A DNA stretch of 64,000 bases from Parasitella parasitica NRRL 2501 (Eukaryota > Fungi > Mucoromycota): positions 7,355 through 71,354 of the forward strand of contig MU619259.1 in assembly GCA_025201805.1 (NCBI GenBank). The letters run 5' to 3'. The notes below the pieces were generated by a model. That model was not told where the DNA came from. It worked only from the letters and a program-made list of their open reading frames with translations, and searched no databases. Made by a program: the position numbers and the translations under genes. Shown here piece after piece: positions 52,959-64,000 of the stretch (the first letter of the stretch is position 1; every line of letters starts with the position of its first letter).

Positions 52959-54465
52959 ATGAGAGAGATTATTCACGTTCAAGTTGGTAAGTAGATTGAA
53001 ATAAACCAAGGGGTGATTTTCGTGTTGTGTGTGTATTGTAAAAAAAAAAAAAATAAAGGGGCACGACATTGCACGGGGGCGAGGAGAGCCTATATCTGTG
53101 TGTGTGTACAACAAATAATGAAACTAACCCATCACCCTTTTACAGGTCAATGTGGTAACCAAATTGGCCAAAAATTCTGGGAAACCATTTCTCAAGAGCA
53201 TGGCCTCGACCCCAACGGCACTTATGCTGGTGACAACGATCTTCAATTAGAACGTATCAACGTCTTTTACAATGAAGGCTCTCAGGGTCAATATGTACCT
53301 CGTTCCGTTTTGGTTGATCTCGAGCCCGCTACTATGGATTCTGTGCGCTCTAGTCCATATGGCAAGCTTTATCGTCCTGATAACTTTATTTTTGGCCAGA
53401 ATGGTGCTGGTAACTCTTGGGCTAAAGGTTATTACACAGAGGGTGCCGAATTAGTTGAACAAGTGTTGGATGTCGTTCGCAAGGAAGCTGAACATACCGA
53501 CTGCTTGCAAGGTTTCCAATTAGCCCACTCCCTTGGCGGCGGTACCGGTTCTGGTCTTGGTTCTCTCCTGCTTTCCAAGATCCGTGAAGAATACCCTGAT
53601 CGTATGCTCTGTACTTACTCTGTTGTACCTTCTCCCAAGGTTTCTGACACCGTTGTTGAACCTTATAACGCTGTCTTGTCTGTTCACCAGCTTGTAGAAA
53701 ACTGCGATGCCACTTTCTGTATCGACAACGAAGCTCTTTATGACATTTGTTTCCGTACCCTCAAGCTGAGCAACCCTGGTTATGGTCAACTGAACGAATT
53801 GGTCTCTACAGTCATGTCGGGCGTCTCCACCAGTTTGCGTTTCCCTGGTCAACTGAACAGCGATTTACGCAAGTTGTTTGTCAACATGGTTCCTTTCCCT
53901 CGTCTCCATTTCTTCATGGTTGGGTTTGCTCCTCTTACTGCTTTCGGTTCTCAACAGTACCGCAATTTGAGTGTCCCTGAATTGACAGCCCAAATGTTTG
54001 ATGCTCGCAACATGATGGCTGCCTCTGATCCTCGCCATGGCCGCTACTTGACTGTCGCTACCATCTTCCGTGGTCGCTTGTCCACCAAGGAAGTTGAAAA
54101 CCAAATGTTGGCTGTCCAGCAAAAGAACTCTACGTACTTTGTTGAATGGATCCCTAACGGTGTCAAGACTTCCCTTTGTGACATTCCTCCCGTCGGTCTC
54201 AAGATGTCTGGTACCTTTATTGGTAACAGCACCGCCATTCAAGAGTTATTCAAGCGTGTTAACGATCAATTCACTGCCATGTTCAGAAGAAAGGCTTTCT
54301 TGCATTGGTACACTGGAGAGGGTATGGATGAAATGGAATTCACTGAGGCTGAGTCCAACATGAACGACCTCGTCTCTGAATACCAACAATACCAAGAAGC
54401 TACTGCTGACGATGATCTCATTGAAGACGAGGAGTATCTCGAGGAAGACGATATTATTGAAGAAG

Positions 54466-54470
<5 letters not shown>
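52959..54470 (+). CDS. Beta-tubulin, 2 coding exons
   Basis: [10 protein letters not shown]|[57 protein letters not shown] and an acidic tail. Confidence 0.97.
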
Positions 54471-54530
<60 letters not shown>

Positions 54531-54723
54531 AAGATTTCTTTATAAATACCTTTTGAATAATCACACTACAAATATATCTCTTTTGAATAATGCAACTTTT
54601 TCTGATTGGTTGACCACAATCTTTTCTCGTGTGTTTGTTAGATGTGTGTGCATCTGGGCTGGCCTCATTCTTTTCCCTCTTTCTTTTTTTTTCCTTTATC
54701 CCCATATAAAACAACGCTGTTTA

Positions 54724-56602
54724 ATGAACACCACTTTTGATTCTCATCATTCTTCATTAGAAGACTATGACCCGGAATCTCTCCAAGCAAATCCGTTTGC
54801 AGAGGAAGGGGATGCTACTAAAGTTTCTTCTCCTGCTTTTCCGCTAGACAGGAATAATGACGAAAATCCGACCGTAGATTCACATGAATCTAATGTAAAC
54901 AAGCAACTCGATTCTCTCCACTTGAACAATCCAGCACTGAATACTTCAGAGCAAGAACAAGTCATTCAACAAGAAGAGCCGAATTTAGACTGCACATCAT
55001 CATCTCACCATGAAGAAACAGATACCCAAGTATATTTTATAGCTCAAAGAACCGATTCTTCCCAAGAAACTAACAAATGAAAACCCTCCTTCTTAGTCAG
55101 AATCCTTACAAATACCCAAAAGCGGCTCTCGACCGTATTTCCAAGTCTCAATCGAAGATCCACAAAAAGTAGGTGATGCTATCAATGCCCATATCGTTTA
55201 TAAAGTGAGAACAAAGGCAAGTACACAAATGCATTTGCGGATTACTCGACTAAGCTCGATGTACAGACAAACTCCCCATCTTATCGCTCTTCTGAATTCG
55301 TTGTAGCAAGACGCTATCGAGATTTTTTATGGCTCTATAATCAACTTACACTTGGAAATCCCGGCGTGATAGTGCCACCTGTTCCTGAGAAACATGCATT
55401 AGGTAAGTCCTCATCATTAATAATTTACATGATCTGACAAGTTTCGTCATGTGCATAACCAAAGGTCGATTCCAGGATGACTTTGTAGAGTCAAGAAGAG
55501 TGGCATTAGAACGCTGTTTGCAAAAAATAGTTGCGCATCCCATGTTGTACGGAGACCCTGACTTGAAAGTGTTTTTGGAGAGCGAATCTTTCAACGTAGA
55601 GGTATGTTATGGCTACTTGTGATTAACGCGGCACTCACTGAATCCAATGGTAGAAACGGCAGCGAAGAGCAGAGCCAGAAAATTCAAAAATGAGCTTTAT
55701 GCGATCATTTGGAGAAACAATATCGAATGCAGCAACAAGTCCTTTTACTAAATTTGTCGAAGTGGATGAATGGTTTGAGTCAAAAAAGAACCAGCTGGAT
55801 GCTTTGGAAGCACAGCTAAAGGGACTACTAAAGAGTGTAGAAGGCGTCGTAAAACAAAGAAAAGGTAGCACGACAAAATTAGACTCAAAGTCGTCCAAAC
55901 TAACTACATACTGTTGGTAGAATTGGGATCTGCTACTTCTGATTTTGGCGAGAGTATGTTTCCTCTAGCATCAGCTGAACTAAATCGAAATCTGTCAACG
56001 CATTTAATGGTATTGGGTGAAATCCAGAGAAAAATGAAGGATCTGCACGAGCAACAGGCACAGTATGATATCATTACATTAGAAAATACAATCGACGAGT
56101 ATATACGGATTATCGGATCCATTCGAGTAGGCACTTGCAAGACATTACTGATTGACGCGATACTAAAAAGAATTCCTAGATTGCATTCAATGCTAGAATC
56201 AAGGCATATCAAACATATCAGCAAGCTGAATCAGAATATCAAAAGAAAGTGACGATTATGGAAAGGCTTAAACAACAACGCAAACCTGAGAAACTAGTGA
56301 GCTCACAGCAGGAATTAAACGAGATAAAAGAAAGAGTGGAGGAATTGCAGCAGGATTTTCAAGACATATCAAAGTTGATCAAAAACGAACTGGATCGCTT
56401 TGATAAAGAAAAAGTTGACGATTTCCGCGATAGTGTGGAGCAGTTTCTTCGTAGCATGATTGAACATCAAAAACAGATTATTGCGCTTTGGGAAACTTAT
56501 TTTGAGCAAACAGAAGGTTTGAGTGACGAAGAAAATGATGAGGATCAGAATGACGACGAGCGGCAAGGTGTAGAACTTGTTCAGCAGCAGCAGCAGCAGT
56601 AA
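54724..56602 (+). CDS. VPS5: Retromer PX-BAR sorting nexin (Vps5/SNX1)
   Basis: DPQKVGDAINAHIVYKV, RRYRDFLWLY, PPVPEK, RFQDDFVESRR and ELDRFDKEKVDDFR...LWETY. Confidence 0.92.
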
Positions 56603-57780
56603 TAGTAATTGTGCAGTAAATTAACAACACCAAATATTGCACCACCAAATTACAAATAAATCATCAACAAACAACACTCATTATTCATTAACACATTCTC
56701 AAAGGACAAGTGTTCAAGATAATAAATTCATTGTGTATGCATAGATATGCAAGTCAGCAACGAGGAAATACGCTTTATATGATGGAGCCAGTATAGCACT
56801 TTTTTTTTGCTTTGTCAAGTGATCTGTATACTTGACTTTTCTTGCTATTGTAGCAGTGCTTCGGCCAATTTATATATTTGTGTAGCACAAAAATAATGCT
56901 ACGAATAATATGATGCATTTTGGTGAATTTAGCCGCCCTTGCAACTTATTTCCCTTGTCATACGTTCAGATGATAGCTACCTGGAATATCTTGTTTCATT
57001 AATTAATTAATTAAAGAAAAAAAAAATGTCCTGAAATAAGCGTACCAATCTTCATCAAGTGCTACCCGCAATTTTGAATGCGGATTATTAGAAATGGGGA
57101 GATCGTCTATGTTGTATCAGTAGTTTTTTTTTTTTTTAGTTTAAAATCCTACAACTGTACGCCATAGCGAAGAGATACAATAAGACCGAATGGATATTGG
57201 TTCTTCTTCAAAATGGAAAGCACAGCGAAGAATGTAGATATAGGAAGAGGCAGAAGAATGTAAATACCGTCAATAAATGATCTCGGACACACAATACGAG
57301 ACATTTGAACTGGGACAGTTGAAGAAACAAGAGGGGACAGACGACTATTCAGTAGAACCAATGGCAAAAAGGAAGGGCTTGACATATAAACCTCGACTTC
57401 ACAACGCAAATAAAATGAGGGGAAGGATTTAAGAGAAGAAGCGTCGATAAAAACGCTAGTGAGAAACTAATTGCAAAGATTTCGAGAATCTTCAATGGAA
57501 ATATTCTTATATGAAGTTAGAGTTATACATGATATTAAGTCCTTGCCTATTCAAAACATGAATAGAGCGCAATGTCTCTTTCTTCTTTTTTAATTGATAC
57601 TGTAATAAATATATATATATCTATTATTTGTCATATAATATATTATTTTTGTGGCATAGGCATAAGTTTATTTAAAAGCATAAGTTTGACCGAAATATAT
57701 AAAAAAAAAAGCATATAAATAATGTGTATAAGCATAAGTAGAAGCAAAGAAAAAGAGGGGGTTGACAATTATCTTAGAAT

Positions 57781-59460
57781 TTAAGGTTGATCGATATAAG
57801 CATCTCCAATCTTCAAAACCTTGCAGCTTTTATATTTCAAAGAGACAATTCCAGTTTTTTCTGGATCAGGCGACTTTTTACAAGTTTTTTCAAGAGTTCC
57901 ATTGATGAATAAATACCATTTAGTTTCCTTGTCAGTTGTCACTTGGTAGTAGCGATTATGTGGCTTAATCACTGTAATAGAAGCAAAGCTATGATCAGGA
58001 AATTCATAATTGCGGAACTCACAATTATAATCAGGTGAAATTGTTAGATTGGATAGCTCAGGACATGTTTTCGAAATGAGCGGTACAAATTCTTCACTTT
58101 TGCAACGAACGTTATCCAAGACCAAATTTTTTATCGTTGTTGCTGTAAATTCGCTCAAAAGATCATTCCAAAGCTTCTTTAGGGGGTTTGGATTTTCAAT
58201 CTTCCAATCTTTTAGCTTGAGTGTTTCCAAATGCAGATTTTTCCTCAAAAAATTACCGAGAGGAAAGTCCCGGAAAAGATAATAATTTAGAGCTTGTATA
58301 TCTAAATTCTTAAGGCTTGGGAAAGCTTCCAAGGCGTCGAAAGTTTTACCCATCTTGATATCATCGTAATGAGAAACATATGAATAGTTGATCTTCATCG
58401 TGTGCACAAAATCTTTCTGGTTAGATTTTAGTACATCCTTGAATTGTCTGAGAGGGTCCTCCTCGGACCATATCGTAATCGTAATTTTTTTCAATTTGGC
58501 TCCACTTGCATCGATTGCTCCCAAAATTGCCGGTGTGATTGTTTGTATGTTGACATCGTAAGTCTCAAGATATGGACAATGAGAGACAAATTCGACCAAC
58601 TGGGTCTCGCCATATCTCTGGTCAAACTGATCTAAAAAGTATACTTGCAAGGTTTTCAAATTCGGGTATTTCATATGCTGTAACATGTTTTCATTGTATT
58701 CTTTCGAACAGCGAGATATACGAAGCTCTTTCAATGTATTACTTGGAGAAATTGAGAGCCTCTGCTCGTTCACACCAACATATGCTAATTCCATATCTTG
58801 TAACCAAAGAACCTCTAGTTGTTGTGCGTTACAATGCAGCTGATGTAAATGACTCAGTGACATTGCACCATGTTCCAGTTTTAGTGTCTTCAGTTTAGGA
58901 GCATTCGAAAGTTGTTGAATTAACGAATTACACTTGAATTCGGATCTCTCTTTTCCCACAAACATCACACGCAAATCAACCAGGTTGCAAAGTCCACCAT
59001 GCTCCAATATCTTTGAGGACAAACAGTAGTTGTTGCAATCTTGAAAACTAGTGATTCTTTTCCAGTGCTCAGCAATATTTTCATTAACAATTATTTTAGA
59101 TATATCAGATTCATCAGTATCGTAGGGAGTGCCATTCTCCCAGACGAGTTCTTGAAGGTTGGGATGTATTTCTGGCAGAGCTAATACGGCCTCAGCTTTA
59201 GCAGCATTACTAAAGTAGACCTTAACCCCCAAACGACGGATTTGGTTACGATAAGGCTTGTTTTCTTCTTCTTGGAAATACTGATTAAATAGCTTGAAGT
59301 TTTCTTCATCCCCAATATGAAAATCTTCATAAAAGTTAGAATGCATGATCAAATTTTGCCACTTTTTACAAGTTCTTGCACAATTTTGTTTCTCTGAAAA
59401 TGTCAAGTAAGTAAAGATTCGGGAAAAAATTTCAGGTGGGAATTCGTTTATATGCTTCAT
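57781..59460 (-). CDS. F-box/LRR (RNI-like) protein
   Basis: N-terminal F-box INEFPPEIFSRIFTYL...CARTCKKW followed by LxxLxL repeats; intronless, 559 aa. Confidence 0.88.
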   Translation of the reverse strand: MKHINEFPPEIFSRIFTYLTFSEKQNCARTCKKWQNLIMHSNFYEDFHIGDEENFKLFNQYFQEEENKPYRNQIRRLGVKVYFSNAAKAEAVLALPEIHPNLQELVWENGTPYDTDESDISKIIVNENIAEHWKRITSFQDCNNYCLSSKILEHGGLCNLVDLRVMFVGKERSEFKCNSLIQQLSNAPKLKTLKLEHGAMSLSHLHQLHCNAQQLEVLWLQDMELAYVGVNEQRLSISPSNTLKELRISRCSKEYNENMLQHMKYPNLKTLQVYFLDQFDQRYGETQLVEFVSHCPYLETYDVNIQTITPAILGAIDASGAKLKKITITIWSEEDPLRQFKDVLKSNQKDFVHTMKINYSYVSHYDDIKMGKTFDALEAFPSLKNLDIQALNYYLFRDFPLGNFLRKNLHLETLKLKDWKIENPNPLKKLWNDLLSEFTATTIKNLVLDNVRCKSEEFVPLISKTCPELSNLTISPDYNCEFRNYEFPDHSFASITVIKPHNRYYQVTTDKETKWYLFINGTLEKTCKKSPDPEKTGIVSLKYKSCKVLKIGDAYIDQP

Positions 59461-61154
59461 GTTATGATAAAAGGTTATATTTCATCAATGTGAAGTTATG
59501 AAAGGGAGTATTTATATCAGATCGCCATCTTCAATTTTAGTAAGCCCTATTGTATTCTTAAACAAAGAACTAAACCAATGTAATAATACAAAGATCGTTC
59601 ACAATAGCGTTATGATCATCAATAATATGAGAACAATGAATTTTTGTCTCTTTGAGAAAATGTCATGGTATATACTTTCATTCATTGTCCTGGGCATCAT
59701 TTGCTGAAAGTTAGCTGATTAATAGCCTTTTTGTTTTATATTGCGCATCAAGAGTAGGTGGAGCAACGGCCAACTTGATTGCGAATTAGGTACACATGGG
59801 AAAAGATGAATAATGTACGCACAAAGCAAGAAAAAACAAAAGGGGGCGACGGTACTTCATGCCACACACGATCAGAAGATACTATGGCGTCTTGATTTTG
59901 ATTTTCAAAATATTTTTAGTTGGTACATTTCACATTTCAGAGTTGAAGCATAAGCAGAAGCAAAGTCTTGAATTTATTCTTGCTATTTTTTTTTTTTTTT
60001 TCAATGTCTCATCTGTGCTCGACACAGTGGACATAGCCGAAATCATTATTGTTGCACCATGCAATACACTTATTTTGTGCAACATGAATACTGAGAGAGG
60101 AATACCATTCATATAGCTCTGATGATCTATAAGGTAAAAGATGAATGGAACCACAAAGAACTTATTGGTCATCAGCCAAGCGGCACAACCAAAAGGTGAG
60201 GTGAAAGCAAAGGATCGACACACAAAGAAGTAACGCATCCAGAAGCTTTGTGAGTAAGATGTAGCAAAAAGATATAAACAAGCCATTTTCTAGCACGGAT
60301 TGCAAAGCAATTTCTTCTGGTGTTATTGCCATGTAAAAGCTTATTTTCCACAATTTAATTTTTAGTGCAAAGGACACCATGTTATGACACTTGCTGGATC
60401 TAGCCCTGACTTCAAAATGTGGAAAGCAATCATGGGTCAATGCCGTAGATACCGTAGGTTTACTTTACAGAGATACATACCATCCATTAGCCTTCAGGAG
60501 GAAACTCAAAAATAAATGTGCTTTATACGGTAAATATGCCAATCATCTGATAGCTGGTTGTCGACGTATAATGGATGCATGGAACAGCATTTGCAAGACA
60601 ATTCTTGCGCTAGGTACCTCACAATAGCTACTTTACACCAAGATTAGCACTTTGTTCACTTACGGTACACCTGTCAAGTATTCTCCCAAATTTGACATCC
60701 AAAGTGCAGGCTTTTGCCATGGTATCATTGACAACATTTATATACATTCACGTGTAAGCCCGCCAGTCTCAATCTCATCATGTTTCTTTGTCTTGGTGTT
60801 ATGTGAGCTTATGCACCCACTGGGCAGAGCATAAAGAGTCAAGTTGGCCAAAATGGATAGGGGTGATTTTTATGCCGCTAACCGCAAATCACCTTTGATA
60901 GCGCGGCGGGGACTTGAGAAAGCATGCAACGTTTTCCCTAACCACCATTCCTCCTATCTCACTCTCCTTTTTTTCTTGTATTTGAAAGATGGGGGATTTG
61001 ACCTATTCATGATGTTGCAATCGCAATGCAGCCTACGACGTCACATGCCTACCTTTTCTATGACGCTTCAATCACAAAAGCGTGCTGCAAAGAAAACAGG
61101 CGGCCAGTGTCTTTACTCTTCTAGCTGCTACTACTACTGCTACTACTACTACTA

Positions 61155-62433
61155 ATGGTGTCTTCTTTTCTGGCAAGTGCTCGAGACACAATCTATGCAC
61201 TAACGTCATGTTGCTTTCCGAATCCAACGCTATACATCAACAAGAAAAACTACAAGGTGCTCAGTCTTCTAGGCGAAGGGTAAGAGGAGAGCAGCAAGGA
61301 GAAAAATTCAAATTATTCAACATTTGCATGTAGTGGGTATTCGTATGTTTATCTGGTCCGCGAAGAGTCCAGCCAAAGAGTGTTTGCCTTGAAGAAGATC
61401 CGGTGTCCCATGGGCGATAGCAGCGCTCTATCAGATGCAATGCACGAAGTGGATATGTATGATTTGTTTCAAAATGAGCACATAATCCGGGTTTTGGTAA
61501 GACTAAAACACAAAACGTCCAGACAGACAGACAGACAGACACTGAAGCAGAGCACACTCACCGCAGGATACAAGCGTACTGGACGATTCCGATGGCACCA
61601 AAACTGTCTACATATTCTTGCCCTATTACAAAAGAGGCAATCTGCAAGACAATATTAATGCAAACAACATCAACAAGTCATATTTCCCTGAAAGGGATTT
61701 ATTAGAGTTTTTCTTGAAGGTGTGCTTTGCATTAAAAGTACTTCACAACCATCATTTACCTGGATGCGAAACAGCAGTAGCAGCAGCAGCAGCAGATGAT
61801 GATGATGATGGTGATGATGATGATCATTTGGTGCCTTATGGTAAGAAGACATTGGCTGTTGCATCATCATGATGACATTTGGTTTTTTTAACACACAAGT
61901 AGCCCATCGTGATCTGAAGCCAGGCAACATTCTCATCTCAGACGACGGCAAAACACCCATTCTTATGGACTTTGGCTCAGTGATGAAAGCCCGTGTCCAC
62001 ATACGGTCCAGACAGGATGGTTTGTTACAGCAGGATATTGCAGCAGAGCACTCTACGATCCCATACCGAGCGCCAGAGTTGTACGATGTGCAGACGGGAA
62101 CAACGCTCGATGAGAAGGTGGACATTTGGAGCTTGGGATGCACAATCTACGCAGCGGCGTATGGACAGAATCCCTTTGAAGCTAGCGTCAACGAAATGGG
62201 AGGTTCAATTGCGTTAGCCATCTTGAATGGTCAGTACAAGTTTCCGCTTGACAAGGAGCAAGATGACCCTTTCAGTGACGAATTCAAAAGTTTTATCCGC
62301 TTTCTATTGGTGATTGATCCCAAAGAACGACCAGACATAAACCAGGTAAGTGCAGAAATGGCATCATGTGTGTCTTGTGTTTAATATGGCTGCTACGCAG
62401 GTCATTGAAAAACTGGAAGCCATTTTACAATAG
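61155..62433 (+). CDS. ENV7: NAK-family Ser/Thr kinase (Env7/STK16-like), 5 exons
   Basis: MVSSFLASARDTIYALTSCCFPNP...LLGEG|GYSYVYL, ALKKIRC, HRDLKPGN, LMDFGS, TIPYRAPEL and DEKVDIWSLG. Confidence 0.9.
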
Positions 62434-62816
62434 AGTTACTAATAATACAACATTTAATAAAATTAAATATATATCAGCGATTACTGCGCTACACTGCAGG
62501 TTTTGTGAACATCATTTGATGTGTCTACAGCCTTTTTTGTAACGGAAATGCATCGATCAGCTGCACCATGAGTATGCACAGCAGGTCTTATTTTTATCAA
62601 ACTGTCGTCATGATCCATCGCAGCAGCGCAGTGGAATAGAAGAGCTAGATTTTCATGCATATTGCAACATGTTTGTTTAAGGGAATATTGCCTCACTTTA
62701 TGCTAAAGAACGTGCTGCTGAACAGTGCGATAACGTGTTTGTACATTTCTCTTGCAACAGGGCGTTAAGACATTACAATATATGTGTGCGCGGCCAATTA
62801 ACAAAGATGGAAAAAC

Positions 62817-62849
<33 letters not shown>

Positions 62850-63162
62850 ACTTGAGCACCGAAAAGTAAATTGCTTTATATGGAACCAACGTAAACAAAC
62901 GAGCTGTGTTATATTAAAGTGATCAGCGTAGAGAAGGAATCAGACACATGCACTGTTTCAGAGTGCGAGGCAGTGTGAATAGAAGGCTGCTCGATGTAAG
63001 CGTTCCAGTAAGGAGTGCAAACAACAATAACAACAACAAACATGTTTGTATGGCCTGTGCAGCAAAACACATTACATGTTGGCAAACATTGAAGACCATC
63101 AGAGCACGCAGTATTTTCCTGTCTTTCTGTCTCTTTCTCTATTTCTTTTTTTTTTTTTTTTT

Positions 63163-63222
63163 NNNNNNNNNNNNNNNNNNNNNNNNNNNNNNNNNNNNNN
63201 NNNNNNNNNNNNNNNNNNNNNN
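63163..63222. other. Assembly gap (60 N) between T and A homopolymer runs
   Basis: Run of N in the sequence. Confidence 0.99.
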
Positions 63223-63472
63223 AAAAAAAAAAGCACAATCACTCAGTCATCATAAGGTAACTTGGCTCTGTGTTTGAAAGCACATCAGATGATCACAGGT
63301 CTTTTTGAGTGTACCTTGAATCTATATATATTATTATAAAGTGTGTTGTACATTTTGAATTAGTATATATAAATGATACGGATATAAATTAGACGCAGAA
63401 GACTCCATTTTGTTCTTTTTCCCTTTCTTCCCCCATTTAATTTACTTGGATCTTTTACAAACATAGCAAACA

Positions 63473-64000
63473 ATGACAAACGGTTTGTTTGGCCGTTTAT
63501 TTGGTGCAAACAAATCCAACAAGAAACTGACCAACGCAGCCAAAAGACAAACCAGTCCATCGACTAGCAAACCACCCTCACCATCACCCTCGCCCTCGCC
63601 TTCTCCGCCACCATCATTGCCTCAGCTACTTTCACCATCTCCGCCGTTACTGCCAACACCTTCAGCGACACCATCGCCCCCAGCGCCTTCAGAAGCCCTA
63701 GATACTTTGGCCGAGAAATCGAGCAGCGGCACAGATGGTTTCCTGAATAGTCAGCCAGCAAACAGCGATATAGACGGCCATTTGCAGGACTTGAATAGCT
63801 TGATGCATTATAAAGATGAACATCAAGATGAGTACTCTACTATCTCATCGTCTACTTCGTCTTATCCTTCGCTTCAGGATGCGCTTTTTTCGCACTTGTC
63901 TACATCAGACACTCAGTCAGAAATAACCCAGTTTTCAGATTTCCCTAAAATAGCAGTTCGTGCTCAGTCTCAACAAGGGCCTGATCGCCGCTCATTGTAC
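63473..64000 (+). CDS. 5' part of a hypothetical Pro/Ser-rich protein that runs off the window
   Basis: Open frame from ATG 63473 (MTNGLFGRLFGANKSNKK...PSPSPSPSP) with no stop before the end of the window. Confidence 0.7.
   Translation, partial: MTNGLFGRLFGANKSNKKLTNAAKRQTSPSTSKPPSPSPSPSPSPPPSLPQLLSPSPPLLPTPSATPSPPAPSEALDTLAEKSSSGTDGFLNSQPANSDIDGHLQDLNSLMHYKDEHQDEYSTISSSTSSYPSLQDALFSHLSTSDTQSEITQFSDFPKIAVRAQSQQGPDRRSLY

Noticed and set aside
53013-53145. ORF-track N-terminus of beta-tubulin (MIFVLCV...)
   Set aside because: This is intron sequence. The true first exon, MREIIHVQV, starts at 52959.
54412-54723. Poly-Lys N-terminus of the 222-aa ORF
   Set aside because: It is a translation of the genomic A-tract. 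The real VPS5 start is at 54724.
57130-57500. Purine-rich, coding-like stretch downstream of VPS5
   Set aside because: Multiple stops and no identifiable family, so no call can be supported.
59859-60834. Several short hydrophobic ORFs between the F-box and kinase genes
   Set aside because: No consistent exon chain or recognisable motif; at most a pseudogene fragment.
1-64000. CRISPR arrays, tRNA/rRNA genes, prokaryotic operons
   Set aside because: The DNA is eukaryotic and intron-containing. I saw no repeat-spacer arrays or recognisable tRNA/rRNA by eye.

Overview
AT-rich, intron-rich eukaryotic DNA with short GT-AG introns. The gene families and protein style point to a Mucorales (Mucoromycota) fungus; this is an inference. 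About 20 protein-coding genes can be read: an NDT80/PhoG-type transcription factor, AIM29/C2orf76, an EamA transporter, mitochondrial SerRS, a TPX2-like protein, RPL12, NOP56, gamma-glutamyltranspeptidase, a myosin-motor chitin synthase, a DNA polymerase alpha-like gene, an mL46-like Nudix protein, a p24 protein, CENP-I/Mis6, beta-tubulin, VPS5/SNX1, an F-box/LRR protein, an ENV7/STK16 kinase and several hypotheticals. There are three transposon-derived islands. At 1-5.3 kb are LTR-like direct repeats and a long-TIR foldback element. At 15.3-23 kb are a truncated Helitron, a restriction-endonuclease-fold gene and a FAR1-domain ORF. At 44.6-48.4 kb is a decayed transposase. The most unusual items are: (i) an apparently intact but divergent Pol alpha with a ~600-aa acidic N-terminus; (ii) a compact mL46 relative with a near-intact Nudix box; (iii) a fungal TPX2-like gene; (iv) a beta-tubulin carrying both F167Y and E198A; and (v) the PD-(D/E)xK-like gene in the TE island. 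All family assignments come from motif recognition by eye, and exon boundaries were deduced manually. No searches were run.
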